Counted from the stretch's first letter, positions 1-9,232 are shown. The stretch is 64,000 bases of DNA from an uncultured Actinomycetes bacterium (GCA_963747125.1 CAVVEN010000007.1:16287-80286), one strand, 5' to 3'. The notes: generated by a model not told the origin, from the letters alone. Translations and numbers: made by a program.

Positions 1-262
1 AGCTCGGGAAGATCCAGTCGCGACGCTCGAGGGCGTGGACGGCGCCGGCCTGGATTCCCTCGTGGCCGCGGAAGATCGCGTAGGTGCCGATCCTGCCCTG
101 GCGGTGGTAGACGACCGAGCGCTCGTCGTACGTCCGCAGCAGGACGAGCGAGCGATGGATCGCGAGCAACGCCTCGTCGTCGAGCCCGTCGACCCGCCTG
201 TCGGGCTCGCCGTCGACCCCGATCACCCGCGTCAGCCCCTGCTCGACCAGAGCGCCTTCCAC
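1..262 (-). CDS. pdhA: Pyruvate/2-oxoacid dehydrogenase E1 alpha subunit, N-terminal part (runs off the window edge)
   Basis: Manual minus-strand translation from GTG262: VEGALVEQG...RTYDERSVVYHRQGRIGTYAIFRGHEGIQAGAVHALERRDWIFPS, a typical E1-alpha N-terminus. Not in the ORF track. Confidence 0.8.
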   Translation of the reverse strand, partial: MEGALVEQGLTRVIGVDGEPDRRVDGLDDEALLAIHRSLVLLRTYDERSVVYHRQGRIGTYAIFRGHEGIQAGAVHALERRDWIFPS

Positions 263-299
263 ACCTGAAGTGAAACAACGTTTCTGTTTTGCTGTCAAG
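263..299 (-). promoter_or_regulatory. Sigma70-type promoter for the E1-alpha gene, with a possible GntR operator
   Basis: Minus strand TTGACA-18 nt-TTCACT-6 nt-GTG; AT-rich inverted repeat GAAAC-AAC-GTTTC within it. Confidence 0.5.
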
Positions 300-420
300 T
301 GCTCGCGCGTGGTCGCGCTCCAGAGGGTCTGCCGGAAGACGGCCGTCGGTGTCTGACACCGATCGGCGCCCGGCCGCGCGCTCGCGTTCCCGGGCGCGAT
401 CCTGCGAGACTCCACGCGAC

Positions 421-1179
421 ATGTCCGCCGCCGCCCGGTTCGACGTCGAGCCCGTCCGCACCACGCGGACGTTCGAGTCCGCGATCGAGCATCTCACCGA
501 GGCGATCGAACAGGCCGGGCTCCGCACCGGTGATCGGCTCCCCAACGAGGGCGTGCTTGCCGAGCGGCTCGGGATCTCGAAGCCGACGCTCCGCCAGGCG
601 CTCCGCGTCCTCGAGCTCTCCGGGCTCGTCGAGGTGCGACGCGGGAAGTCCGGGGGGATCTTCGTGGTCACCGACCTCGTCCCGTCGGTCGCGATCTTCA
701 CCGCCGTCAAGCTCGAGGAGGAGGCGGCGATCGACGTCCTGCGCGCGCGGCGCGTGCTCGAGCGAGCCGTTGCCCAGGAAGCGATGCGTATCGCGACCGC
801 GCCGGACTTCGTCGAGCTCGAGCGGACGGTGGAGTTGCTGGAACGGCATCTCGGCGAGCGCCCGAGCGTCATGCGGGCGGACGCCATGTTCCACCGGGCG
901 CTCGTCCGGAGCTGCCGGAACGAGACGATCCAGGCGGCCATGCGGGGCGTCGGGCGCGGCCTTGCGCCGATCAGAGACGCGTACAGCGGCGGCGTGCCCT
1001 ACGACCGCCGGACGCTCGACGTGCACCGTCGGCAGATCGCGGCCATGCGACGCGGCGACGCGGACGCGCTCGACGAGGTGCTCGACGAGCACTTCCGCAT
1101 GCTCGAGACGCAGTTCGCGAAGGCGATCGGGCGCCGGTGGGCCGACATCTTCGGCGCCCGCGTCCGCCGCGGCGGCTGA
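421..1179 (+). CDS. GntR/FadR-family transcriptional regulator
   Basis: GDRLPNEGVLAERLGISKPTLRQAL wHTH followed by an FCD domain (DAMFHRAL). Confidence 0.9.
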   Translation: MSAAARFDVEPVRTTRTFESAIEHLTEAIEQAGLRTGDRLPNEGVLAERLGISKPTLRQALRVLELSGLVEVRRGKSGGIFVVTDLVPSVAIFTAVKLEEEAAIDVLRARRVLERAVAQEAMRIATAPDFVELERTVELLERHLGERPSVMRADAMFHRALVRSCRNETIQAAMRGVGRGLAPIRDAYSGGVPYDRRTLDVHRRQIAAMRRGDADALDEVLDEHFRMLETQFAKAIGRRWADIFGARVRRGG

Positions 1180-1184
1180 TCTAC

Positions 1185-2060
1185 CTACGCCGGGACGAGC
1201 GCCGTCACGGCTCGCGGCTCGGACTCGAGCTCGACCCGCTCGACGTCGCCGAGGTCCTCGCCGTCGACCTGCAGCGGCATCGGCCGATCGCACCGGATCA
1301 CGACCCGGTCGACATCGTGGAGGACGGTCAGCCCGGCCCGCGCGCTCGCGCCCCGGGTCAGCGTCACGAGCAGGCGGGGCAGCCCCCAGGGGCGAACGGA
1401 GACGGGTGCGACGACGGCGAGGCCAGCGTCGAACGACGCCCTCCGGGCGACCCTCACGGGCAGGCGCCCGGCAAAGGTGTATGGCTCGCAGTTGGCGACG
1501 AGGGCGAACGCCGCGCGACCCACGCCCTCGATCTCGAGCGCCTCCGTGAACCGTCCGCGATGGGCGGCCACGAGCCCGAGTGCCTCGCGGACGAACGCCG
1601 CGTCGCCGGGCCTTCGGCCGTCGGCCGCCCGGCCGCGCGCGTCGATCCGCCGGACGAGCTCGGCGTCGAACCCCACGCCGGCGTTGAACGAGAAGCGCCG
1701 GCCGTTGACCCGTCCGAGCCCGATCGGCCGCGTCGCGCCGCGCGCCACGAGGCGCGCCGCCGCCACCGGGTCGCGCCCGAGCCCGAGGGCGCGGGGGAGC
1801 ACGCTCGTCCCTCCACCCGGGAGGAACCCGAGCGGCACCGTGCCGCCGATCCCGTTCAGCACCTCGTTGTACGTGCCGTCGCCGCCGAGGACGTAGATCG
1901 CGTCCGCCGAGGCCTCGTGCTCGCGCGCGAACGCGGTCGCCTCGCCCCCCGCCGCCGTCCGAAGCACGACGAGATCGGGGGGGAGCGCCGCCGTCACGCG
2001 GCTGACCGTCTCCTCGGTGACCTTGCTCGCCAGCGGGTTGACGATGAGCACCGCGCCCAC
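1185..2060 (-). CDS. Diacylglycerol kinase family lipid kinase
   Basis: IVNP, GGDGTYNEVLNG, LPGG, QVDGE motifs. Confidence 0.88.
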   Translation of the reverse strand: MGAVLIVNPLASKVTEETVSRVTAALPPDLVVLRTAAGGEATAFAREHEASADAIYVLGGDGTYNEVLNGIGGTVPLGFLPGGGTSVLPRALGLGRDPVAAARLVARGATRPIGLGRVNGRRFSFNAGVGFDAELVRRIDARGRAADGRRPGDAAFVREALGLVAAHRGRFTEALEIEGVGRAAFALVANCEPYTFAGRLPVRVARRASFDAGLAVVAPVSVRPWGLPRLLVTLTRGASARAGLTVLHDVDRVVIRCDRPMPLQVDGEDLGDVERVELESEPRAVTALVPA

Positions 2061-2069
2061 GATGACACC

Positions 2070-2657
2070 CTACGCGGGTCGCGTCGCGTATCCCCTGACG
2101 CCGTCGAGGAGGGTGGAGAAGAACCGGTCGGCGAGGTCGTCCGTGTCGGCTCCGGGACGGATCCAGGTATAGGCCCAGTTCGCGGCCGAGAGCACGAGCA
2201 GGACGGCCGCCTCGACGTCGAGGTCGGAGCGAAGGGCGCCGCGATCGGCGGCCTCGCGCAGGAGGTCGCCCCACCGCGTCTCGTACCGCCGCCGCTCGGC
2301 GCGGAACGCAGAGCGCTCCGGCTCGTCGAGAAACCGCCATTCGCGCGTGAAGACCGTCGCGGCGCTCACCTGTGTCGCGACGACGCCGAGGTGCGCGCGC
2401 AGCGCGTGCCGGATGCGCTCGAGCGGCTCGGCGTCCTCGGGCACCCCGTCGAATCCAGCGTGGAACGATGCCGCGCCCTCGCGCGTGATCACCACCAAGA
2501 GCTCCTGCTTCGACGGGATCAGGGAGTAGAGCGACCCCTTCTGCATGCCCATCGCCCCCGCGAGGTCTGCCATCGACGTCCCGTGGTAGCCCCGCTCCGC
2601 GAACAGCCGCGCCGCAACGGCCACGAGCTCGTCGCGTCTCGAGCCGCTCGTTGCCAT
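2070..2657 (-). CDS. paaR: TetR-family regulator, PaaR-like
   Basis: N-terminal TetR HTH (AARLFAERGYHGTSMADLA); divergent from paaA across a PaaR-type operator. Confidence 0.8.
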   Translation of the reverse strand: MATSGSRRDELVAVAARLFAERGYHGTSMADLAGAMGMQKGSLYSLIPSKQELLVVITREGAASFHAGFDGVPEDAEPLERIRHALRAHLGVVATQVSAATVFTREWRFLDEPERSAFRAERRRYETRWGDLLREAADRGALRSDLDVEAAVLLVLSAANWAYTWIRPGADTDDLADRFFSTLLDGVRGYATRPA

Positions 2658-2662
2658 GTGGA

Positions 2663-2690
2663 CGATGCTACCGATCGTTCGGTAGCATCG
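2663..2690. promoter_or_regulatory. PaaR-type operator overlapping two divergent -10 boxes
   Basis: Inverted repeat CGATGCTACCGA-TCGT-TCGGTAGCATCG containing ACCGA-N4-TCGGT; TAGCAT on each strand lies 7 nt before each start codon. Confidence 0.8.
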
Positions 2691-2695
2691 ACGGG

Positions 2696-3595
2696 GTGGA
2701 CACGCGGACCGAGGAGTTCCTCGCCCACGTCCAGTCGGGTGGCGTCGTCGAGACTAGCGACTGGATGCCTGACGAGTACCGCGCGCGCCTGACGAAGTTC
2801 GTCGAGATGCATGCGAACTCCGAGCTCATGGGGATCCTTCCCGAGCGCGACTGGATCCTCCGCGCCCCGACGCTCCAGCGGAAGCTTGCCCTCACCGCGA
2901 AGATCCAGGATGAGGCAGGCCACGCGCAGCTCCTCTATCGCATCGTCGAAGACCTCGGCAAGCCGCGCGAAGCCTGCCTCGACGACCTCGTCGGGGGCCG
3001 CTCGAAGTTCCACAACGTGTTCCACTACCCGACGCGCAGCTGGGGTGACGTCGGGGTGATCGCCTGGCTCGTCGACGCGGCCGCGATCATCTCGCAGAAG
3101 GCCCTGCTCAAGTGCTCATACGCACCGTACGCGCGGATCATGCGCAAGATCTGCTGGGAGGAGTCGTTCCACATCCTCCACGGCCGCGACGTCGTGTTGA
3201 CGCTCGTCACCGGCACCGACGGGCAGCGCGCGCTTGTCCAGGAGGCGCTCGACCGCTGGTGGGAGCCGCTCATGATGTTCCACGGCAACCCCATCCCCGC
3301 CGACGACGACCCGATGATCCATTGGCGCATCAAGAGCCAGGCGAACGAGGAGGCGCGCCAGCAGTTCCTCGAGGGCTACGTGCCGCAGGTGTGGGAGCTC
3401 GGGCTGACGCTGCCCGACCCGAAGCTCCGCCGCGCAGACGACGGCACCTGGGCGTACACGGAGCCCGACTGGGAGACGCTCCGCGCCGTCGTGTCGGGCA
3501 ACGGGCCGGCGTCCGAGGAGCGGCTCGCCTTCCGCCGGCTCTCGCGCGACGAGGTCGCATGGGTCTCGCGCACGGTGCTCGCCGAGGCGGCGTGA
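2696..3595 (+). CDS. paaA: Phenylacetyl-CoA epoxidase subunit A
   Basis: DWMPDEYR, HANSE, APTLQRK, AKIQDEAGH, EESFH di-iron motifs. Confidence 0.93.
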   Translation: MDTRTEEFLAHVQSGGVVETSDWMPDEYRARLTKFVEMHANSELMGILPERDWILRAPTLQRKLALTAKIQDEAGHAQLLYRIVEDLGKPREACLDDLVGGRSKFHNVFHYPTRSWGDVGVIAWLVDAAAIISQKALLKCSYAPYARIMRKICWEESFHILHGRDVVLTLVTGTDGQRALVQEALDRWWEPLMMFHGNPIPADDDPMIHWRIKSQANEEARQQFLEGYVPQVWELGLTLPDPKLRRADDGTWAYTEPDWETLRAVVSGNGPASEERLAFRRLSRDEVAWVSRTVLAEAA

Positions 3596-3625
3596 GCCGT
3601 AGGCTCGACGGAGGCTCCGGTGAGC

Positions 3626-3655
3626 GGAGGCGCCGGCTTTCCCGGCGCCGGGAGC
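3626..3655 (+). repeat. Partial copy (module A hairpin) of the dispersed ~95-bp repeat
   Basis: GGAGGCGCCGGCTTTCCCGGCGCCGGGAG resembles the GCCGG-CTTTG-CCGGC-GGGAGG module at ~17035, ~21945, ~48990 and ~49046. Confidence 0.5.
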
Positions 3656-3659
3656 GGGA

Positions 3660-3950
3660 ATGAGCCTACGCGTCTTCGAGGTGTTCCGGCGCGAGCGCGC
3701 CGGCGCGCCGATGCAGCACGCCGGCTCGATCGTCGCGCCCGACGAGCGCTTCGCGGAGATCTACGCGCGCGAGCAGTACGGCCGCCGCGGCGAGTCGGAA
3801 GCGCTCTGGCTCGTCCCGCGCGAGGCGGTCGACGAGATCGAGGACTTCGTCGACGAGTTCGACCTCAAGTACCGGCGGGTCGACGGCTACTCGATCAAGG
3901 AACGGCTCAAGGAGGCGCGGGAGCGCGCCGGGACTGCCGGCGATGTCTGA
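3660..3950 (+). CDS. paaB: Phenylacetyl-CoA epoxidase subunit B
   Basis: FEVF..HAGSIVAPD..AREQYGRRGE..LWLVP. Confidence 0.88.
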   Translation: MSLRVFEVFRRERAGAPMQHAGSIVAPDERFAEIYAREQYGRRGESEALWLVPREAVDEIEDFVDEFDLKYRRVDGYSIKERLKEARERAGTAGDV

Positions 3951-4614
3951 GCGCGTCGACCTGCTGCTCGAGCTCGCCGACGACGAGCTGATCCTCGGCT
4001 GGCGGAACTCGGAGTGGACGGGGATCGCCCCGTTCCTCGAGGAGGACGTCGCGTTCTCCTCGATCGCCCAGAACGAGATCGGGCACGCGCGCGCGCTCTA
4101 CGAGCTCGCGGCGCGCGAGATCGGCACCGACGCCGACGCCCTGGCGTTCGACCGTCCCCTGGACGCGTATCGCTCGGCCGCGCTCGTCGAGCTGCGCCGG
4201 CTCGAGTGGGCGCGGACGATCGCCCGCCACTGGCTCTACGAGACGGCCGACGCGATCCGGCTCGAGGCCCTGAAGAGATCGGATGATCCCGAGCTCGCGG
4301 GGATCGCCGCCAAGATGGACCGCGAGGAGGTCTACCACCGGATCCACGCCGAGATGTGGATCGACCGCCTGCTCGGCTCGGACGAGGGGCGGCGGCGGCT
4401 CGACGAGGCGCTCGCGGAGCTCTGGCCGTACGCGCTCGGAGTCCTCGACGACGGGATGCGCCCCGAGCTCGAGCGCCGGGTGGGGACGAAGCTCGGCCGT
4501 GCCTTGCCGGAGGTAGATCCGATCGCGCGAGGGCGGCACGAGGCAGAGCTCGGCGACTTGCTCGAGGAGATGACCATGGTGCGTCGCTCCGCGCCGGCGG
4601 GGGCACGGTGGTGA
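3943..4614 (+). CDS. paaC: Phenylacetyl-CoA epoxidase subunit C
   Basis: LADDELILGWRNSEWTGIAPFLEEDVAFSSIAQNEIGHAR; ends GARW. Confidence 0.92.
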   Translation: MSERVDLLLELADDELILGWRNSEWTGIAPFLEEDVAFSSIAQNEIGHARALYELAAREIGTDADALAFDRPLDAYRSAALVELRRLEWARTIARHWLYETADAIRLEALKRSDDPELAGIAAKMDREEVYHRIHAEMWIDRLLGSDEGRRRLDEALAELWPYALGVLDDGMRPELERRVGTKLGRALPEVDPIARGRHEAELGDLLEEMTMVRRSAPAGARW

Positions 4615-4653
4615 CCACCGCGAGCCGTCACACCACGCCCGCAAGACCGTCAC

Positions 4654-5289
4654 GTGAGACCGGTGTCTGACTTCAGTCAGGCACCCCATCCTGCCGGCCG
4701 CCAGCCCGTAGGAGGCCGAGCGAGGCTCAAGCCACGCCCCGCACGCGGCGAAGGCACCGCGGGCCCTGCGGACGGCGGAGGCAAACCGGCAAGTAACACA
4801 GTGTCACTTGCGGCCGAGGCCGTCTGGGAGGCACTGGCCGCAATCCCCGACCCGGAGATCCCGGTGATCTCGATCGTCGACCTCGGCGTCGTCGCCGACG
4901 TCAGGGTCGACGGGGAGCGCGTCGAGGTGGACTTCACGCCCACGTTCATGGGCTGTCCGGCGCTCGAGGTGATGTGCGCGCAGATGGAGGGCGCGATCCG
5001 GGCGCTCGGCGCGGAGCCCGACGTGCGCGTCCTCCTCGACGACTCGTGGTCGACCGACCGGATCAGCCCCGAGGGGCGAGAGAAGCTCCGCGCCGCCGGA
5101 TTCGCGCCGCCCGCGCCTCGAAGTGCCGGGACGCCGACGCTCGTCCAGCTCGAGCGTGGCCCGTTCCGCTGCCCGTGGTGCGGCTCGACCGACACGCGCC
5201 TCGACAACGTCTTCGGCCCGACGCCGTGCCGCTCGCTCCGCTACTGCCAGGCCTGCCGCCAGCCGTTCGAGCAGTTCAAGACGATCTGA
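4654..5289 (+). CDS. paaD: Phenylacetyl-CoA epoxidase subunit D (PaaD/PaaJ); start uncertain, 5' part is repeat-derived
   Basis: DPEIPVISIVDLG, TPTFMGCPA, WSTDRI, CPWCGS, FGPTPCRSLRYCQACRQPFEQFK. Confidence 0.88.
   Translation: MRPVSDFSQAPHPAGRQPVGGRARLKPRPARGEGTAGPADGGGKPASNTVSLAAEAVWEALAAIPDPEIPVISIVDLGVVADVRVDGERVEVDFTPTFMGCPALEVMCAQMEGAIRALGAEPDVRVLLDDSWSTDRISPEGREKLRAAGFAPPAPRSAGTPTLVQLERGPFRCPWCGSTDTRLDNVFGPTPCRSLRYCQACRQPFEQFKTI
4789..4811 (+). repeat. 23-bp palindrome inside the paaD frame
   Basis: GCAAGTAACACAGTGTCACTTGC; 22/23 identical to the copy in argD read on its coding strand. Confidence 0.75.
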
Positions 5290-5439
5290 GAGTGGACGGC
5301 CACCCGATGGGCGGCGCTCGTCGTGACGCTGGCATACGCGGATACTGCTGTCGGCGGGCGCACGGGACGTTGCGGCGGGACGTGGACACCGGCGCGATAG
5401 CGGAGCGCCACCGCCCCCGGCTCGGGTAGCGTCCGGGCC

Positions 5440-5664
5440 GTGCGCATCGAGATCTTCTACTGCCCCGTCTGAAACGGCTACGACCGGCGGGCCGCGAGTC
5501 TCGCGGCCGTGTTGAGCGACGCGGGTCACGAGGCGTTCGCCGTCGAGGGCGACAAGAGCCAGTACGACGTCGTGGCCGACGGAGCCGTCGTCTTCTCGAA
5601 GCAGCGCGAGGGTCGCTTCCCGGAGGACGACGAGATCCTCGCGCTCGTCACCCACGGCGGCTGA
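5440..5664 (+). CDS. Rdx (SelW/SelT/SelH) family selenoprotein; UGA at 5470-5472 read as Sec
   Basis: MRIEIFYCPV-U-NGYDRRAASLAAVLSDAGHEAFAVEGDKSQYDVVADGAVVFSKQREGRFPEDDEILALVTHGG: CxxU plus the Rdx tail (FSK..GRFP). TAGCGT 7 nt upstream. Missed by the ORF track. Confidence 0.88.
5490..5508 (+). promoter_or_regulatory. Bacterial SECIS-like hairpin
   Basis: GGCCGCGA-GTC-TCGCGGCC, 8-bp stem starting 17 nt after the in-frame UGA, with G in the apical loop. Confidence 0.75.
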
Positions 5665-5686
5665 GCCCGGGATAGCCTCACGGGAC

Positions 5687-6613
5687 ATGGCGCTCCTGCG
5701 CGCACGCGAGCTCACCAAGACGTTCGGCTCGGTGAGGGCGCTCGACGCCGTCAGCTTCGAGATCGACGAGGGCATCACGGGCCTGCTCGGGTCGAACGGG
5801 GCCGGCAAGAGCACGTCGCTCAAGCTCTTCCTCGGCCTCCTCGAGCCGGACGCGGGGTCGGCGGAGGTTCTCGGCCAGGACCCGAGGATCTCGCCCGAGT
5901 ACCGGACCCGCGTCGGGTACGCCCCCGAGCACGACTGCCTCCCGCGCGACGTGTCGGCCGCGGAGTTTCTCGCCTACCTCGCCCGGATGAGCGGGTTGCC
6001 CGCGACCGCGGCGCGGCTGCGAGCGTCGGACGTACTGCGCCACGTCGGCCTCTTCGAGGAGCGGTACCGGCCGATGGGGACGTACTCGACCGGGATGAAG
6101 CAGCGCGTGAAGCTCGCGCAGGCGCTCGTCCACGACCCGTTGATCGCGCTCCTCGACGAGCCGACCGCCGGGCTCGACCCGCTCGGTCGCCGTGAGATGC
6201 TCGAGCTGATCCGCCGCGTCGGCGGCGAGTTCGGCATCAGCATCGTGATCTCGACGCACCTGATGGGCGACGTCGAGCGCGCCTGCGACTCGGTCGTCGT
6301 CCTCGACGCCGGGCGGCTGCTTCGCCACGGCCCGGTGTCGGGTTTCACGGAGGAGACCGAGACGCTGGAGGTCGAGCTGGTCGAGGGCGTCGACGCGGTC
6401 GCGGAAGGCCTCCGGCGACGAGGGCTGACGCCGACGGTCGACGGCCGCCGCCTGACGCTCGACGACGTGTCCGGGGAGGACTACGACGTCCTGCGCGACG
6501 TCGTCGTCGACGCCGGGGCGCTGCTCTACCGCCTTGCGCCCGCCCGCCACTCGCTGGCGGACGTGTTCGCAGGCGAGCCGTCCGCGCCGCGCGACGAGCG
6601 GTCGGCGCCGTGA
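5687..6613 (+). CDS. ABC transporter ATP-binding protein
   Basis: GSNGAGKS, YSTGMKQR, LLDEPT. Confidence 0.93.
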   Translation: MALLRARELTKTFGSVRALDAVSFEIDEGITGLLGSNGAGKSTSLKLFLGLLEPDAGSAEVLGQDPRISPEYRTRVGYAPEHDCLPRDVSAAEFLAYLARMSGLPATAARLRASDVLRHVGLFEERYRPMGTYSTGMKQRVKLAQALVHDPLIALLDEPTAGLDPLGRREMLELIRRVGGEFGISIVISTHLMGDVERACDSVVVLDAGRLLRHGPVSGFTEETETLEVELVEGVDAVAEGLRRRGLTPTVDGRRLTLDDVSGEDYDVLRDVVVDAGALLYRLAPARHSLADVFAGEPSAPRDERSAP

Positions 6614-7488
6614 GCGCCGGCCCGGCCGAGGTCTTCGACCTCGGCTACCGCGGCTACGAGGGGGAGCGAGCCGGACGCTGGGCACGCCGGGATGCGATCT
6701 GGCGTGACGGGATCCGGGTCTCGCTCGGCCTCGGGCGAGGGGTCGGCGGAAAGGTCGCGCCGTGGCTCCTCCTCGCGCTCGTCCTCGTCCCGATGGTCGT
6801 CCTCGTCGTCGTCGCGGCCGTCGTCGGCCCGGCGACCGACCCGAACGACTTCGAGCTTCCCTCCTACGGCGACTACTACGACTGGGCGATGGTGCCGCTT
6901 GGCCTGTTCGCGGCGGCTGTCGCGCCGCTCCTGATCTGCCCGGACCGCCGCGACGGGGTGCTCGCGCTCTATGCCGCGCGCCCGATCACCCCGCTCGACT
7001 ACGTCGCGTCGCGGTGGGCCGCGTTCCTGACCGTCGCCCTCGCCGCCGCGTGGCTCCCGGAGATGGTCCTCTTCGCATGGAACGCCCTCGACGCCGACTC
7101 GCCCGGGAGCTTCCTGGCCGACAACTGGGACGTCGTTCCGCGGTTCCTGCTGGCGGGCGGCCTGATCGCGGTCGTCCTGACGACGCTCGCGCTCCTCGTG
7201 GCGACGTTCGCGACGCGCCGCGCCTACGCGACCGTCGCGATGCTGGCCGTGCTCTTCGTCGGCTCGGCGGTCGGCGGCATCGCCGAGAACGACTTCTCCG
7301 GCGGAGTGGCGAACGCAGTCTCGCTCGTGAGCCTCCCACAGTCCCTCACCGATGCAGTCCACTGGATCTTCGGAGACGAGCTCGACCGCCCCGTCTCCGG
7401 GGCCGTGTCGCTCGCCTGGCTCCTCGGCCTGACTGTCGTCCTCGCCGCGTGGCTCGTCCGCCGCGCGAAGCGGCTGCTTCGCGCATGA
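6610..7488 (+). CDS. ABC-2 type permease
   Basis: About six TM segments; LYAARPITPLDY motif; coupled to the ATPase. Confidence 0.85.
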   Translation: MSAGPAEVFDLGYRGYEGERAGRWARRDAIWRDGIRVSLGLGRGVGGKVAPWLLLALVLVPMVVLVVVAAVVGPATDPNDFELPSYGDYYDWAMVPLGLFAAAVAPLLICPDRRDGVLALYAARPITPLDYVASRWAAFLTVALAAAWLPEMVLFAWNALDADSPGSFLADNWDVVPRFLLAGGLIAVVLTTLALLVATFATRRAYATVAMLAVLFVGSAVGGIAENDFSGGVANAVSLVSLPQSLTDAVHWIFGDELDRPVSGAVSLAWLLGLTVVLAAWLVRRAKRLLRA

Positions 7489-8424
7489 GCGCCCCGGCAG
7501 GGCCGACGGTCGTCGTCGACGGCGTCTCGAAGTGGTTCGCAGGCGTCGTCGCCGTGAGCGACGTCTCGCTCGTCGTGGAGCCGGGCGTGACGGCGCTGCT
7601 CGGGCCGAACGGCGCGGGCAAGACGACGCTGCTCCGCGCGATCGGCGGCCTGACCGCGCCGTCGCAGGGGACGGTGACGGTGTTCGGCGAGCGTGTGCGC
7701 GAGAACCCCGGGCTCTATCGCCGGATCGGCTACATGCCCGAGCACGAGTCGGTCTACGACTTCCTCACCGGCCGCCAGTTCGTCGAGCTGTCGGCGCGAC
7801 TGCAGGGCGTCGAGGGCCGCGAGCGCGCGGTACGCCGAGCGATCGAGACCGTCGACCTCGTCGGCGACCAGGACCGCCGGCTCAAGCACGTACTCGCGCG
7901 GAATGCGCCAGCGGATGCGCCTCGCCGCGACGCTCGTGCACGACCCCGAGCTCCTCGTGCTCGACGAGCCGCTCTCGGGCACCGACCCGGCTCAGCGGCT
8001 CCATCTCCAGGGCGTCGTGCGGACGCTCGCCGGCGAGGGAAGGACGATCCTCGTCTCGTCGCACATCCTCGAGGAGGTCGACGAGCTCGCCGACCGGATC
8101 CACCTCATGGTGAGCGGCAAGCTCGCGGCGAGCGGGGACTACCACGCGATCCGGCAGAAGCTCGACGACCGGCCGTTCCTCGTGCGGGTCGACTGCGCCG
8201 ACCCGAGGCGCCTCGCGGCGGGCCTCGTCGGCATCGACGCGGTCGAGTCGGTCGAGATCACTGGGACGAGCGGGCTCCGCGTGCGCAGCCGCGACGTGGC
8301 GTCGCTCCAGCGGTCGCTCCCCGCGGTCGCGCGCGAGCTCGGCGTCAGGCTCACACGCGTCGAGCCCCTCGACGACTCGCTCGAGAGCGTCTTCGAGTAT
8401 CTCGCGACGGGGACGGGGAGATGA
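7485..8424 (+). CDS. ABC transporter ATP-binding protein with a +1 frameshift near 7885
   Basis: GPNGAGKT in one frame; YSRGMRQR and LVLDEP in the next. Confidence 0.85.
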
Positions 8425-9137
8425 CGGCGATCTTCGGCCTCACGGTCCGGCAGCTCGCGGGCAGCCGGCGGCTGTGGATCGTCGCCGGCCTCGTCAGCCT
8501 CCCCGTTCTCGCCGCCGTCGTCTTTCGCGCCGGTGGCTCGACGACGACGAGCGCGCGCTTCGCCGACAACGTCACCCGCACGCTCATCGCATCGGTGATC
8601 CTCCCGCTCGTCATGCTCCTCTTCGCGACCTCCGCGTTCGGCAACGAGCTCATGGACAAGACGCTCGGCTACCTGACGCTCAAGCCGATCCCGCGCTGGC
8701 GCATCGTCGTCTCCAAGCTCGCTGCCGCGTTCCTCGTGGGCGGCGTCCCGATCGCGGTGAGCGGCTTCGTCGCGGTCGCGCTGGTCGACGCCGACGGGCT
8801 CGAGGGCGCCGTGGCGACCGGCGTGGGGCTGCTCGTGGGCGCCGCTGCCTACGCCGCGTTGTTCACCTGGGCGGGCCTTGCGACGCGGCACGCGCTTCTG
8901 ATCGGCCTCGTCTACGTCTTCGTGTGGGAGGCGACGCTTGCCGCATACCTCGACGGCGTGCGCTTCCTCAGCATCCGCCGCTACACGCTGGGGCTCATCC
9001 ACGGGCTCGACGCCGCGCGGCTCGCGACCCTCGACAACCCGCTCTCGACCGCCGGGGCGCTCGTCGGCGCGGCGCTCGTCATCGTCGCCTTCACGGCGCT
9101 CGCCGTGCGCAAGCTCGTCCGGATGGACGTGCCGTAG
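8421..9137 (+). CDS. ABC-2 type permease
   Basis: Hydrophobic; ELMDKTLGYLTLKPIPRWRIVVSKL motif. Confidence 0.85.
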   Translation: MTAIFGLTVRQLAGSRRLWIVAGLVSLPVLAAVVFRAGGSTTTSARFADNVTRTLIASVILPLVMLLFATSAFGNELMDKTLGYLTLKPIPRWRIVVSKLAAAFLVGGVPIAVSGFVAVALVDADGLEGAVATGVGLLVGAAAYAALFTWAGLATRHALLIGLVYVFVWEATLAAYLDGVRFLSIRRYTLGLIHGLDAARLATLDNPLSTAGALVGAALVIVAFTALAVRKLVRMDVP

Positions 9138-9186
9138 GACGGGCCGAACGACGGCCGAAGGACGTGCGCGGCGGTGCAGTCGGACA

Positions 9187-9221
9187 GACAACGCTTGTGT
9201 TGAATCACCACAAGCGTTGTC
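9187..9221. terminator. Hairpin between convergent genes (terminator or REP-like)
   Basis: GACAACGCTTGTG-N9-CACAAGCGTTGTC, perfect 13-bp stem. Confidence 0.55.
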
Positions 9222-9232
9222 CGGGCCACCGC

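Noticed and set aside
4612-4614. paaC and paaD share a frame separated by one TGA (possible Sec readthrough)
   Set aside because: PaaC ends at its normal GARW terminus, there is no redox motif or clear SECIS hairpin, and the downstream sequence is repeat-derived.
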